Source: an uncultured Spirochaetaceae bacterium
Lineage (GTDB): Bacteria; Spirochaetota; Spirochaetia; Sphaerochaetales; Sphaerochaetaceae
Reading direction: 5' to 3'
DNA length: 64,000 nucleotides
Assembly (NCBI GenBank): GCA_944392985.1
Contig: CALXYL010000007.1
Location: forward strand, 15,989-79,988
The notes beneath the pieces were generated by a model. The model was not told the origin of the DNA and searched no databases. It was given only the letters and a program-made list of their open reading frames with translations. The position numbers and the translations under genes are program-made. Below are positions 29,225 through 40,800 of this stretch, in pieces; position 1 is the first letter of the stretch; each line of letters begins with the position of its first letter.

Positions 29225-29935
29225 TCAGCTCCTTGCCTCAGCTTCTGCAGCTGTCTTCTTCTTCACCAGGGTTCCGACGGTATCGTCCTCTGCCTTGCCA
29301 TGGTCATAGATCTCACCGTTGAAGACCCATACCTTGACACCGATGCAACCGAACGTCGTATTCGCCGTTGCCGTACCGTAGTCGATATCAGCGCGGAGGG
29401 TGTGAAGTGGCACGCGGCCATCCTTCATCCACTCTGTTCTCTTCATCTCAGCACCGCCGAGACGGCCAGAGCACTGGATTTTGATTCCCTGGACACCGCC
29501 ATTCATCGCCCTTGAAATCGCATTCTTGAGGGCGCGGCGGAATGCTCCGCGGTTCTCAAGCTGGCGTGCGATGCTCTGAGCGATAAGCTGTGCGTCGCAC
29601 TCTGCCTTCTTGATCTCCCTGATCTTGATCTGGACCTTCTTCTCCGTCAGCTTCTGGATCTTCTCGCAGAGCTTCTCGACATTGGCACCCTTCGCTCCGA
29701 TGATGATACCGGGGCGTGCGGTTCCGACGACGAGCGTGATGCGACCCGGCTTGCGGATGATCTCGACATCGCTGATCTCCGCTCCAGCCACCTCGGGAGC
29801 TGCAAGAAGAGCCTTCCTCAGCTTAAGGTCCTCATGAAGCGTCTCCTTGTACTCCCTGGGGTCAACATACCACTTGGATTCCCAGGTCTTGTTTACGCCT
29901 AACCTAAGTCCGATTGGATTAACTTTCTGGCCCAT
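29225..29935 (-). CDS. rpsC: Ribosomal protein S3
   Basis: [23 protein letters not shown]; KH domain. Confidence 0.95.
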   Translation of the reverse strand: MGQKVNPIGLRLGVNKTWESKWYVDPREYKETLHEDLKLRKALLAAPEVAGAEISDVEIIRKPGRITLVVGTARPGIIIGAKGANVEKLCEKIQKLTEKKVQIKIREIKKAECDAQLIAQSIARQLENRGAFRRALKNAISRAMNGGVQGIKIQCSGRLGGAEMKRTEWMKDGRVPLHTLRADIDYGTATANTTFGCIGVKVWVFNGEIYDHGKAEDDTVGTLVKKKTAAEAEARS

Positions 29936-30291
29936 TATCTTCCCACCTTCTCATCTACAACGACAGTGATATGGCTCATTCTCCTCAGGAGGATGTCACG
30001 CTTTCCATGGGAGCGCGGCCATACCCTCTTGAGCCTCGGACCGTCATCGATCTTCAGCTCGGAGACAACGAGCGAATCCTCATCCAGCATCCTGTTCTGG
30101 TTAAGTGCATTGGCACCTGCGGACTTAAGAACCTTGAGTATCAGCCTAGCACCCTTCTGAGGCATAGCCTCGAGGATGGCAGAGGCCTGGGTGTATCCCT
30201 TGCCGCGCACGAGGTCTGCAACCGGGCGCACCTTGGAAGGAGATACCAGAAGATACTTGGCAACTGCTTTATAACCTTTCTTAGTTTCCAT
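29935..30291 (-). CDS. rplV: Ribosomal protein L22
   Basis: [22 protein letters not shown]...[21 protein letters not shown]. Confidence 0.95.
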   Translation of the reverse strand: METKKGYKAVAKYLLVSPSKVRPVADLVRGKGYTQASAILEAMPQKGARLILKVLKSAGANALNQNRMLDEDSLVVSELKIDDGPRLKRVWPRSHGKRDILLRRMSHITVVVDEKVGR

Positions 30292-30303
30292 CGCTCTTAC
30301 CTT

Positions 30304-30576
30304 TTACTTACCAGACTTATCGGATGCATGTCCGCGGAAGATGCGGGTAGGAGCGAACTCGCCGAGCTTGTGTCCTACCAGATTCTCCGTAACATAGACA
30401 GGAACCCATGTCTTTCCATTGTAAACGGAGATTGTCTGCCCGACCATCTCCGGGATGATCGTTGAGCTACGCGAGTAGGTCTTGATCATCTGCTTCTGAC
30501 CAGTCTTATTCGATTCCATGACCCTCTTAAGGAGCTTAGCCTCGATAAAAGGACCTTTCTTGATTGACCTTGCCAC
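30304..30576 (-). CDS. rpsS: Ribosomal protein S19
   Basis: [19 protein letters not shown]...[16 protein letters not shown]. Confidence 0.95.
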   Translation of the reverse strand: MARSIKKGPFIEAKLLKRVMESNKTGQKQMIKTYSRSSTIIPEMVGQTISVYNGKTWVPVYVTENLVGHKLGEFAPTRIFRGHASDKSGK

Positions 30577-30588
30577 TTTCTACTCCTA

Positions 30589-31413
30589 CTACTTGCGTCT
30601 CTTGACGATGAAGCTGTTGGACGGCTTCTTCTTCGAGCGGGTCTTGCCTCCCTTCGTCGGCTTGCCCCACGGCGTGACAGGATGGCGTCCAGCTGCTGTC
30701 TTGCCTTCGCCGCCTCCATGCGGATGGTCGATCGGGTTCATGACAACACCCCTGACCTTCGGCCTTCTGCCAAGATGCCTTGAGGCACCAGCCTTGCCAA
30801 GCGAGACATTCATATGATCCTCGTTGCCGAGCACACCGATGGTGGCATAGCACTCACCAAAGACCATCCTCATCTCACCCGAGGGAAGGCGAAGCGTGAC
30901 ATAGTCACCTTCCTTGGCGACGACGGCAGCACCAAGACCAGCAGAGCGGACAAGCTGTCCACCACGGCCTAGGTTGAGCTCAACATTGTGGACCGTCATA
31001 CCAAGCGGGATGTTCTTCAGAGGAAGAGCATTGCCCACTGTAAGCGGAGCTGCAGGTCCGGAAACGACTGTCGTTCCTACCGCGATTCCCTTCGGAGCGA
31101 GGATATAGCGCTTCTCGCCATCCTTATAGAATACGAGCGCGATGTTGACGCTCCTGTTCGGATCATACTCGATCGTCTTGACAACGCCAGGAACACCATA
31201 CTTGTCGCGGCGGAAATCAATGATCCTGTATGCCCTTCTATGGCCACCACCGCGGCGGCGTACGCTTACGCGGCCGAAGTCATCGCGTCCCGCTCTCCTG
31301 TGGAGATTCTTCGTGAGGGACTTCTCAGGCTTGTCAGCCGTAACCTCGGAGCGTACGAGGACGATTCTCTGGCGGAGTCCAGGAGTATTTGGTTTATATT
31401 TCTTAAGAGCCAT
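30589..31413 (-). CDS. rplB: Ribosomal protein L2
   Basis: [15 protein letters not shown]...[15 protein letters not shown]. Confidence 0.95.
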   Translation of the reverse strand: MALKKYKPNTPGLRQRIVLVRSEVTADKPEKSLTKNLHRRAGRDDFGRVSVRRRGGGHRRAYRIIDFRRDKYGVPGVVKTIEYDPNRSVNIALVFYKDGEKRYILAPKGIAVGTTVVSGPAAPLTVGNALPLKNIPLGMTVHNVELNLGRGGQLVRSAGLGAAVVAKEGDYVTLRLPSGEMRMVFGECYATIGVLGNEDHMNVSLGKAGASRHLGRRPKVRGVVMNPIDHPHGGGEGKTAAGRHPVTPWGKPTKGGKTRSKKKPSNSFIVKRRK

Positions 31414-31427
31414 CTTTCCTTATCTCC

Positions 31428-31730
31428 TTATACACCCTCGATGGCCTGGATCGACTGTCCCTTGGCCAAGGTCACGATTGCCTTCTTCCAGGAAGGGGTA
31501 TATCCCTTGATATATCCGCCCTTGCCCCTGGAGAACTTCGGCTTGCCACCGACATTCATCACGTTGCACTTTGTGCAGTCGACGTTGAAGATCTCCTTGA
31601 CTGCTGCCATGATCTCATACTTGTTGGCCGCCGGATCGACACGGAATGTGTACTTCTTGCACTCACCCTCGCGTGCGATGTTCGACTTCTCGCTGAGAAC
31701 CGGTGCAATGATTACTCTATCTGCTCTCAT
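31428..31730 (-). CDS. rplW: Ribosomal protein L23
   Basis: The track ORF overruns into rplD. The ATG at 31730 gives MRADRVIIAPVLSEKSNIAREGECKKYTFRVDP (100 aa). Confidence 0.92.
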   Translation of the reverse strand: MRADRVIIAPVLSEKSNIAREGECKKYTFRVDPAANKYEIMAAVKEIFNVDCTKCNVMNVGGKPKFSRGKGGYIKGYTPSWKKAIVTLAKGQSIQAIEGV

Positions 31731-31740
31731 ACGTCTCTCC

Positions 31741-32370
31741 TTACCTCTCACCATAGAAGCTATTGAGATTGGAAGCCGCACCCTGGAGGAGCAGTATCTT
31801 CTTCCCATAGAGAAGCTCTTTTGCTGAGAGCTTGTCATACGCCTGCACATGGACATTCGGGATGTTCCTTGCAGCGCGGCGGATAGCAGCATCATCGTCC
31901 TTCATGATGATGAGCGTGCGCTCCGTGCTGACACCGAAAGCCTTGATGATGCTGACGATATCCTTTGTCTTGCCATTCTCGCTTGTGAAATCCTCAACAA
32001 CGACAAGCCTCTCCTCCTGGACGCCCAGAGTCAGAAGGCTCTTCATAGCAAGCCTCTTGACCTTCTTGGGGATCGAATAGGAGTAATCCCTTGGCTTCGG
32101 TCCGAAGATCGTGCCGCCGCCAACTGCGATCGGTGACTTCTTGTCGCCGCGGCGAGCATTGCCCGTGCCCTTCTGCTTGTAGGGCTTGGTGTTGCTGTAA
32201 TTCACCTCTGCACGTGTCTTCGTGCAGGCCGTACCTACACGGCGATTAGCAAGCTCGTTCCTTATGGCATGGTAGATCGATCCTGTGGATACCGCTACAT
32301 TGAACACGGCATCGGAAAGCTCGATCGTTCCCTTTTCCTTTCCATCAATGGAAAAAACTTTCTGTTCCAT
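31741..32370 (-). CDS. rplD: Ribosomal protein L4
   Basis: KPYKQKGTGNARRGDKKSPIAVGGGTIFGPKPRDY. Confidence 0.95.
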   Translation of the reverse strand: MEQKVFSIDGKEKGTIELSDAVFNVAVSTGSIYHAIRNELANRRVGTACTKTRAEVNYSNTKPYKQKGTGNARRGDKKSPIAVGGGTIFGPKPRDYSYSIPKKVKRLAMKSLLTLGVQEERLVVVEDFTSENGKTKDIVSIIKAFGVSTERTLIIMKDDDAAIRRAARNIPNVHVQAYDKLSAKELLYGKKILLLQGAASNLNSFYGER

Positions 32371-32380
32371 AGTCTGCCTC

Positions 32381-33001
32381 TTACTTCTTCACCGCTTTCC
32401 TGACGACTACAGTGCTCTGAGCAGGGCCTGGAATAGCGCCCTTGACCATAAGAACCTGCATCTCGCTATCGATAGCGACGACCTTGAGATTAAGTACAGT
32501 TGTCCTCACATTGCCCATGTGTCCAGCCATGCGATGGCCCTTGAACGTATGGGACGGAGTCGATGACATAGCCGTACCACCGAGATCCCTGTGGAACTTC
32601 GAGCCATGGGTAGCCCTTCCGCCGCCGAAGCCATAGCGCTTCATGCCGCCCTGGTAACCCTTGCCCTTCGATGTTCCGGTGACATCAACGAACGTCACAT
32701 CCTTGAAGAGATCCACACCGAGCACATCACCGACATTCACCTCATTGTCATAATCCCTGAACTCCATCACGGTCTGACTTGGAGCGGTGATGTCCTTGAA
32801 CTGTCCGGCATATGGCTTTGTCGTCTGGCTCTTCTTCTTCGTGCCAGTTCCCAGCACTGCTGCTGAGTAGCCATTCTTCTCCTCGGTCCTGTTTGCGATG
32901 ACTACGTTGTCCTCTATCTTGATAACAGTCACAGGGGTAAGCCTGCCATTGGCATCAAACACCTGTGTCATTCCAACTTTTTTGCCGATAAGCCCTAACA
33001 T
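32381..33001 (-). CDS. rplC: Ribosomal protein L3
   Basis: [16 protein letters not shown]...[26 protein letters not shown]. Confidence 0.95.
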   Translation of the reverse strand: MLGLIGKKVGMTQVFDANGRLTPVTVIKIEDNVVIANRTEEKNGYSAAVLGTGTKKKSQTTKPYAGQFKDITAPSQTVMEFRDYDNEVNVGDVLGVDLFKDVTFVDVTGTSKGKGYQGGMKRYGFGGGRATHGSKFHRDLGGTAMSSTPSHTFKGHRMAGHMGNVRTTVLNLKVVAIDSEMQVLMVKGAIPGPAQSTVVVRKAVKK

Positions 33002-33015
33002 CTCTTACCTCAACT

Positions 33016-33324
33016 TTACTGTCTTATTTCAACGTCCACACCGGCAGGGAGTTCAAGTTTCATCAGGGCTTCCACTACCTTCTGCGTGGGATCGAGAATG
33101 TCAATCAGTCTCTTGTGTGTTCTCATCTCGAACTGTTCGCGACTCTTCTTGTCTACATGCGGCGATCTGAGGACAGTGTACCTGTTGATACGAGTCGGGA
33201 GAGGTACTGGGCCCGAAACACTGGCACCCGCCTTCACAACTGTCTGAACGATTGCCTTGGAGCTCTGCTCCACAAGCTCAACGTCAAATCCTCTCAGCTT
33301 AACCCGGATTCTTTCATTTGCCAT
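33016..33324 (-). CDS. rpsJ: Ribosomal protein S10
   Basis: The ATG at 33324 gives [21 protein letters not shown]...[24 protein letters not shown]. The track start at 33342 is a TTG overlapping the GGAG SD. Confidence 0.94.
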   Translation of the reverse strand: MANERIRVKLRGFDVELVEQSSKAIVQTVVKAGASVSGPVPLPTRINRYTVLRSPHVDKKSREQFEMRTHKRLIDILDPTQKVVEALMKLELPAGVDVEIRQ

Positions 33325-33385
33325 TTTCTTAAAAATCTCCAAAAATCACTGTCCGCCGGGTTTCCCCGGCAGACTCAGGAATCAA

Positions 33386-34576
33386 TTACTCGACGATCTC
33401 GGTAACCTGACCGGATGCAACAGTCCTACCACCCTCGCGGATAGCGAAGCGGAGTCCCTTGTCCATAGCGACCGGGTGGATCAGCTCGACGTTGATAGTC
33501 GTGTGATCGCCAGGCATGACCATCTCCTTGCCTTCCGGAAGGTGAACGGTACCTGTGATATCGGTCGTCCTGAAATAGAACTGCGGCCTGTAGCCGTCGA
33601 AGAACGGGGAGTGCCTACCACCCTCTTCCTTGGAGAGAACGTAGACAGTTCCAACGAACTTCTGATGAGGTGTGATTGAATTCGGCTTTGCAAGAACCTG
33701 GCCACGAACGACCTCCTTCTTGTCAATACCGCGGAGGAGAGCTCCGATGTTGTCGCCTGCCTGGCCCTCGTCGAGGATCTTGTTGAACATCTCAACACCA
33801 GTGACAACTGTGTTCTGGGTCGGCTTGATACCGACGATCTGGACAGGATCGTTCACATGAACGACACCGCGCTCGACCCTACCAGTAACAACTGTTCCAC
33901 GGCCGGAGATCGAGAAGATGTCCTCAATAGGCATAAGGAACGGCTGATCAACAGCTCTCTCCGGAAGCGGGATGTAGCTGTCCATAGCTGCAAGAAGGTC
34001 GTCGATGCACTTTGTAGCCTCCGGGTTGTCCGGCTGTGTCATAGCGAGGTATGCAGAGCCGCGGATAACAGGAGCATTAGCACCATCGAAGCCATACTCA
34101 GTAAGAAGATCCCTCATCTCCTCCTCAACGAGGTCAACGAGCTCAGGATCATCAACCTGATCGCACTTGTTGATGAAAACGATGATTGCAGGTACACCAA
34201 CCTGGCGAGCAAGAAGAAGGTGCTCCCTTGTCTGAGCCATAGCACCATCAGTTGCAGCGACAACGATGATAGCGCCATCCATCTGAGCAGCACCAGTGAT
34301 CATGTTCTTGATGTAGTCAGCGTGGCCCGGGCAGTCAACGTGAGCATAGTGCCTGTTCGGGGACTGATACTCAACATGCCTTGTGTTGATGGTGATACCA
34401 CGAGCCTTCTCTTCCGGTGCATTGTCGATTGCATCGTAAGCAAGGGCCTTGTCACCGAACAGCTTGGCGCAATGCATCGTGATCGCAGCTGTAAGGGTGG
34501 TCTTGCCGTGGTCGACGTGACCAATCGTACCTACGTTTACATGTGGCTTAGTTCTTTCGAATTTTTCCTTAGCCAT
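33386..34576 (-). CDS. tuf: Elongation factor Tu
   Basis: The ATG at 34576, after an AAGGAGG SD, gives [36 protein letters not shown] and NKCD motifs are present. 396 aa. Confidence 0.97.
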   Translation of the reverse strand: MAKEKFERTKPHVNVGTIGHVDHGKTTLTAAITMHCAKLFGDKALAYDAIDNAPEEKARGITINTRHVEYQSPNRHYAHVDCPGHADYIKNMITGAAQMDGAIIVVAATDGAMAQTREHLLLARQVGVPAIIVFINKCDQVDDPELVDLVEEEMRDLLTEYGFDGANAPVIRGSAYLAMTQPDNPEATKCIDDLLAAMDSYIPLPERAVDQPFLMPIEDIFSISGRGTVVTGRVERGVVHVNDPVQIVGIKPTQNTVVTGVEMFNKILDEGQAGDNIGALLRGIDKKEVVRGQVLAKPNSITPHQKFVGTVYVLSKEEGGRHSPFFDGYRPQFYFRTTDITGTVHLPEGKEMVMPGDHTTINVELIHPVAMDKGLRFAIREGGRTVASGQVTEIVE

Positions 34577-34823
34577 CAGTTCCTCCTTGTGGCCTGAGCC
34601 ACAAAAAACAAAGATATCCAATAAAGGCCCATGCCTTTATATCTCAGAGACAGCTGATCGCGTCAGGAATCAAAGGGTTTCCAGAGGTCGGTAGGATCAA
34701 GTCCGCCGACAATGGCCATATTATCCAAAAAGACCCGTTCCGGAACCACCTTATCGCCATCGGCAATCGGTTTGGCTCTTCTGTCCAACGCACACCATAA
34801 GGGCATGGTCAGACACCTTGACC

Positions 34824-34852
34824 AATTTACACAAAGGGAACTTCTTTGTCAA
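34824..34852 (-). promoter_or_regulatory. Strong sigma70-like promoter upstream of tuf
   Basis: Minus strand reads TTGACA (34852-34847), a 17-nt spacer, then TAAATT (34829-34824). This implies a leader of about 240 nt before the tuf ATG. Confidence 0.55.
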
Positions 34853-34882
34853 CAGTTTTCCAAATCTTTCACGGAAAATGAT

Positions 34883-35344
34883 TTACAAACGCTCTTCCTT
34901 CACCATGAGCCAGTTGCGGAGCGCAGTTCCACGCCTTATTACAGTATTCTCACGCATGATTTCATATCCCCTGTACAGGAAGAAACCCCTCGCCGTATCG
35001 GAGGCATGCACGTGAAACGGCAGACTTCCCCTTTCCTCCAGCGCAGCGAGGATGAGGCTGCCGATACCGCGCCCAGTGTGATCTGGCGCAGTGTAAAGCC
35101 TGTCGATATATCCCCGCCGCACATCGATGTTCCCGAATCCAAGGAGACTGCCCTCATCTGAAACCGCAAGAAGCGTGTAGGTATCAAGAAGCGCTTCGCA
35201 CCATGACTGCGGATCAAGATCATCGGGAGCCCATGCGGCAAGCTGGACAGGATCATAATCGGAGGAGCACGAGATATGCACTGCCTCATGGAAAAGAGCG
35301 GTGACAGCCTCCGCCCAAGGCTGGGAATATCTGATCAGATGCAT
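34883..35344 (-). CDS. GNAT-family N-acetyltransferase (~153 aa)
   Basis: The ATG at 35344 gives MHLIRYSQPW. The acetyl-CoA motif region reads IDRLYTAPDHTGRGIGSLILAALE...ASDTARGFFLYRGYE. The track N-terminal extension overlaps the divergent gene. Confidence 0.75.
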   Translation of the reverse strand: MHLIRYSQPWAEAVTALFHEAVHISCSSDYDPVQLAAWAPDDLDPQSWCEALLDTYTLLAVSDEGSLLGFGNIDVRRGYIDRLYTAPDHTGRGIGSLILAALEERGSLPFHVHASDTARGFFLYRGYEIMRENTVIRRGTALRNWLMVKEERL

Positions 35345-35392
35345 CTTGCCCTCCGCACGTCCTTTTCTGTATCTTACAGCGAGGAGAAAGAA

Positions 35393-35647
35393 ATGAGAAC
35401 AATCGAATACACGACGCATGGAACCTGCTCCAGGATCATCAGGTTCGACCTCGATGATGAGAACAGGATACACAACCTCTCGTTCCAGGGCGGCTGCAAT
35501 GGCAATCTCCAGGGAATCGGGAAGCTCTGCGAGGGGATGAAGGCAGAGGAGATCAAGGACAGGATAAAGGGAATCAGATGCGGGGCGAAGCCCACATCAT
35601 GCCCGGATCAGCTTTCCGCCGCTATAGAGAAAGCACTTGCAGAGTGA
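35393..35647 (+). CDS. Small TSCPD-domain protein (TIGR03905-like, 84 aa)
   Basis: The ATG at 35393 follows a GAGGAG SD. MRTIEYTTHGTCSRIIRFDLDDENRIHNLSFQGGCNGNLQGIGKLCEGMKAEEI...CGAKPTSCPDQL shows the conserved Cys pattern of that family. Recognised from memory. Confidence 0.6.
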   Translation: MRTIEYTTHGTCSRIIRFDLDDENRIHNLSFQGGCNGNLQGIGKLCEGMKAEEIKDRIKGIRCGAKPTSCPDQLSAAIEKALAE

Positions 35648-35650
35648 ACC

Positions 35651-35673
35651 GAACCCCTCAGCGCGAGGGGTTC
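35651..35673. terminator. Bidirectional hairpin between convergent genes
   Basis: GAACCCCTC-AGCGC-GAGGGGTTC is a perfect 9-bp stem. It is followed by TTCTTC on the + strand. It lies between the stops at 35647 (+) and 35679 (-). Confidence 0.6.
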
Positions 35674-35678
35674 TTCAA

Positions 35679-36296
35679 TCACACAGAGAGGGGCTTTCCG
35701 AAAAGCACGCCGACACCGACCCTGCCCTGCGGCCTGAAACGGACACCTCCTACCGACCCCTCTGTCGACAGCATCATCTGCAGGACATCGAAGCACGGGT
35801 TGAACATCACCGACAGATACATCCAGTCATTGAAGGCATACTGCATCTCCGTCAGCACCTCCACACCGAAGCTGGAATCCCACTGCGTGGCCTTTGACGT
35901 GATATCAACAAGGAAGTAAAGGGAAGCACCAGCACCGAGAGCAAGTGCGAAACGCTCGGAGAGGAAGAACCTCCAGCCAAGGCCCATAGAGAAGGACATG
36001 TCGATCGCGAAGAATCCCGTCCCCTCAGGAAGAGGCGGCCTGGTGAAAGGATAACCGAAATACGAATCCACATAGTAGAACAGCGGCAAGGAGAAGAGAT
36101 GGGTCTTGTACTGGGCGCCAGCACCGACACTGTTCGTCATCTCCTTCCCCTGCGTGAGCGCACCGAGATAACCGCCATAAAGCGTCGTGCTCTTTGTCTG
36201 CGAAAGCAGGGAGAATCCCTCCTCCAGGGCTGTTGAAGCGAATGCCGATGAAGCCAGGACAGCCAGAACCACAAGCACCACTGCTATTCTTTTCAT
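35679..36296 (-). CDS. Putative small outer-membrane beta-barrel protein (~205 aa)
   Basis: The ATG at 36296 follows a GGAGGG SD. The signal peptide is MKRIAVVLVVLAVLASSAFA. The body is G/Y/F/S-rich with an alternating amphipathic pattern (GAGAQYKTHLF, GLGWRFFLSERFALALGAGASLYF). Confidence 0.5.
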   Translation of the reverse strand: MKRIAVVLVVLAVLASSAFASTALEEGFSLLSQTKSTTLYGGYLGALTQGKEMTNSVGAGAQYKTHLFSLPLFYYVDSYFGYPFTRPPLPEGTGFFAIDMSFSMGLGWRFFLSERFALALGAGASLYFLVDITSKATQWDSSFGVEVLTEMQYAFNDWMYLSVMFNPCFDVLQMMLSTEGSVGGVRFRPQGRVGVGVLFGKPLSV

Positions 36297-36433
36297 TGAA
36301 TACCCTCCTTCTTTCGGAATGCCATAGGTTTCAGGAAAAAAGGACAAGGCATGAAGCACCCAAAGGCATCCTATATACAGAAACCCTAAGGGATGGAAAT
36401 GCAGCAGTCAAGGAAAAACAGCATCTGCAGCTC

Positions 36434-36769
36434 TCAGACATTCACGCCGCGCGCTGTCAGGAATGCGACGAAATCGTTGTAGATATCAATGTCAGCAATA
36501 ACCTCTTCCCCATCAAGGGCGAGTCCTTGGCATGATGTAAGGGCTATGAAATCAGGAACGGTGATGACCTCGTCACGCTCAGCCCTCTCGAAAAGATACG
36601 GGATGCTCGATTCCCGGAAGCTCTCATTGCCATTCCGCTTCTCCCAGTCAACGATGGCGGCAACCGTCGACTTCTGCGACAGCCATCCCTCGATCTCGCG
36701 CATTGGCGTCCTTATGAATCTCCTGCAGTATGCAGTAAGGGAATAGTAATCATCGTAATCGGGAATCAT
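36434..36769 (-). CDS. Hypothetical protein (111 aa)
   Basis: Intact acidic ORF 83 nt downstream of rpsG. No motif recognised. Confidence 0.4.
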   Translation of the reverse strand: MIPDYDDYYSLTAYCRRFIRTPMREIEGWLSQKSTVAAIVDWEKRNGNESFRESSIPYLFERAERDEVITVPDFIALTSCQGLALDGEEVIADIDIYNDFVAFLTARGVNV

Positions 36770-36852
36770 GGCGCCTCCTTCCCTGATGATAGCATATCCC
36801 CGGAGATGCAGAAACCTCCCCGAAGGGAGGCTTCCTGGAAATGAGGCATTGA

Positions 36853-37332
<480 letters not shown>

Positions 37333-37335
37333 CTA

Positions 37336-37710
37336 TCAGGCCTTTGGCTTCTTCGCACCGTACTTGGAGCGGCTGCGCTTGCGATCTGCAACACCAAGCG
37401 TATCCTTGGTGCCGCGGATGATGTGATACCTGACACCCGGAAGGTCCTTGACCCTGCCTCCCCTGATGAGAACAACTGAGTGCTCCTGCAGGTTATGGCC
37501 GATACCCGGGATGTATGCGGTTACTTCGATTCCGTTGGAAAGACGCACACGGGCGACCTTCCTGAGAGCGGAGTTCGGCTTCTTCGGGGTGACTGTCATG
37601 ACCCTCGTGCAGACTCCTCTCTTCTGCGGGCAGCCCTGGAGAGCCGGAGACTTCGTCTTCGACTTCGAGGTTTCCCTGCCCTTTCTGATAAGCTGATTAA
37701 TAGTAGGCAT
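37336..37710 (-). CDS. rpsL: Ribosomal protein S12
   Basis: The ATG at 37710 gives [13 protein letters not shown]...[19 protein letters not shown]. Confidence 0.95.
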   Translation of the reverse strand: MPTINQLIRKGRETSKSKTKSPALQGCPQKRGVCTRVMTVTPKKPNSALRKVARVRLSNGIEVTAYIPGIGHNLQEHSVVLIRGGRVKDLPGVRYHIIRGTKDTLGVADRKRSRSKYGAKKPKA

Positions 37711-37846
37711 CTTACGATACACTCCTTAAAATTGATCCACTCCTCTCACAGCAGAGGGATCTATGCCGCACAAGCGGCACATCTATTCAGAACGGCGGTC
37801 AGCATGAGAACAGCCGCGAAAGCCCGGAATGGGCGCCGACAGGCGC

Positions 37847-40800
37847 TCACTCCTCTTCCTGGCCCTCGTCTATATCGACCGGTTCTCCCACCGTCTTCAT
37901 ATCACCAAGCTCTTCTGCATCGAAGTCATCGGCAAAGGCGGCTTCAGCCTTCTGCTCGCGGCGTGCCCTGTCGACTTCCTTCTGCAGCTCAAGCAGCTTC
38001 TCATCCTCATCGAGATGGACTCCCCTATAGCGCTTCATACCAGTACCTGCGGGGATGAGATGCCCGATGATGACGTTCTCCTTGAGACCTCTCAGCTCAT
38101 CCTTCTTACCAGCAATGGCCGCATTGGTCAATACCCTCGTCGTCGAGAGGAAGGATGCCGCGGAGATGAAGGAATCCACGGAAAGCGCAGCCTCAGAAAC
38201 ACCCTGGAGGACCGGCCTTGCGATAGCAGGTGTCTTTCCCTGCTTCTTCATCTCGGCATTCACCTTGTCGAAGAGGTTCTTATCGACACGCTGCATCTTG
38301 ACGAACTGCGTGTCTCCAGCCCTGAGGACCTCAACCTTGCGGAGCATCTGGCGGATGATGATGCCAAGGTGCTTCTCATTGATCTCAACACCCTGCATCC
38401 TGTAGACCTTCTGGATCTCATTGACAAGGAAGGAGAGAACAGCATTCTCACCAAGGACCTCAAGCACCTCACGCGATGTGACAGGCTCGTCGCACAGCGG
38501 CTCACCGGCCTTGACCTCGTCGCCCTCACGGACAAGGAGCAGCGCATCCTTTGTATAGACCTTGTGCGGATGGAGCGCTCCAAACGCATCGCGGATCGTT
38601 ACCGTTGTGGTGGATCCATTCGCAGCGCCTGCCTGCACTCCGACAACCGTACCGGTCACGCGGGCAAGGATGATCGGGTTGACCTTGTTGGACGAAGAGA
38701 CCTTTCCATGGCGTGCCTCAAAGAGGGAGTCGACCTGCGGGAGACCGCCAGCGATATCCTTCGTGGTCGTGCTGTCCTTGGAGACCTTTGCGATGATGTC
38801 ACCGGCCTCGACCCTTTCACCCTTCTCCTTGACGACCATGTATGCGCCGCCTGGGATCTGGTACTGGTTGAGCTCTCCATTATCCTGCTTTACAAGCACG
38901 GATGGACGGAACGCTCCAAGGTGCGAGGATGGAACGACAATCATCTCCGTGTCGCCCGCCTCATTGTAGATCTTCCTATATGACTTGTCCTCGACGAAGT
39001 CATTCATCTCCTCAACCACACCGGAGAACTCCGCTATGATCGGTTCGGAGAATGGATCGAACATGATGATGGCATCCCCTGCCTGGACGACCTGTCCTTC
39101 AGAGACAAGCAGCTCAGAACCGGCCGGAACCTGGTATTCAGCCTCAGGTCCGACTACGAATGTCCTCATTCCGCTGCCCGAGATATCAGCACTCTGCAGG
39201 AGCCTTCCATTCTCTCCCGCTGCGACATCCCTTCCATCCTTCCTGTAGAACGGATAGCCCTTTCCAACCGCATCTCCATTGTTCACAAGCAGCTCATCGA
39301 ACTGGCCAGTGATCTCCTCGAACACGCGGGAGATGGTGATGTGTCCCTTCCTCGGGAAGAGGCTGCTTCCCTGGCTGTTGTGGATGATGAGTCCCTTCAG
39401 GCCACGAACGATCGTAGGATAGCTGAACGAGAGCTTGTTCTCCTTTGTCGATGTCGATGCAGTGCCTCCGACATGGAACGTACGCATCGTAAGCTGGGTT
39501 CCCGGCTGTCCGATGGACTGTGCTGCGATGATACCGACAGCCTCGCCGATCTCAACAGGACGGTTCGTCGCCAGATTGCGTCCATAGCACTTGCGGCATA
39601 CACCGTGCTCGGATTCACAGGTAAGGACGGTGCGGAGAAGCACGCGCTCAACACCCGCTTCCTCGATGGCGGCAGCCGTATCATCAGAGATCTCCTCGTT
39701 TGCCCTTGCAAGCACAACGGGGCTTCCATTCTCATCCTTGAGGAATGGATGAAGCACATCCTCAACCGGGCATGAGCCAGTGATGCGGGATGCAAGCGTC
39801 TCGACGACAGCATCGCCGTCCTTGACTGCGCTGACCCAGATGCCGTTGATGGTATGGCAATCCTCTTCGGATACAACCACGTCCTGCGCGACATCGACGA
39901 GCTTACGCGTAAGGTAACCTGCCTTAGCTGTCTTGAGAGCAGTATCGGTAAGACCCTTCCTAGCGCCGTTGGATGAGATGAAGAACTCCATGATGGAAAG
40001 ACCTTCCTTGAAGTTCGACTTGATCGGGAGCTCGATGATCTTGCCGTTCGGCTTTGCCATGAGACCTCTCATTCCACCCAGCTGCCTGATCTGGTTCTTC
40101 GATCCTCTAGCGCCCGACTCAACCATGAGATAAAGCGGGTTGAAGCCATGCTGGCTCCTCTTCAGCTCATCCATGAGCTTGTCCGTCAGCTCCTCATTGG
40201 TCTCCGTCCAGACCTCGATTACACGGTTATAGCGCTCTTCCTGCGTGATCTGGCCCTCATGATACTGCTTGAAGACAACGGACTGCTTCTCATTCGCGTC
40301 CTCGATCAGCCCAGCCTTCTCCTCTGGAACGACCATATCGGAAAGGCCGATGGTAGCACCGAAGAGCGTCGCGTACTTGAAGCCAAGATCCTTCACGGAG
40401 TCGAGAAGCTCAACAGCAACAGACGGCTTCTTGTTCCTGATCGTCTCGCCGATCACCTTCCTCAGCTGCTTATCGCCAAGGCAGTAGTTCTGATACGGGA
40501 TGCCCTCCGGGATCGCTGCATTGAAGATGATGCGGCCTGGAGTCGTCGCATACCAGCTCTTTCCATCAGCCGTCTGGGAAACACCCTTCTCATCTACAAT
40601 CTCAAGCCCCTTCTTGAAGCGGTAATAGATCTTCTCATTGTACGAGATGGAAGAGGCATCGATAGCCGCCTCGATCTCAGCGACGTTGTCAAAATGCTTG
40701 ATCTTCCTATCCGGATCGAGATCCGTCCTCTCCTTCGTAAGATAGAAGATTCCAAGGACCATATCCTGGGATGGGAATGCAATCGGCTTTCCGTTGGCAG

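Noticed and set aside
22892-34597. Numerous 60-280-aa + strand ORFs across the ribosomal protein cluster and tuf (e.g. 27045-27767, 27601-28371, 30988-31827, 33857-34597)
   Set aside because: All overlap conserved minus-strand ribosomal or EF-Tu genes. None has recognisable motifs.
34660-34720. tRNA-like T-arm resemblance (GGACTTGATCC) in the tuf leader, where tRNA genes often precede tuf
   Set aside because: I could not fold acceptor, D or anticodon arms around it, and the stem complementarity is poor.
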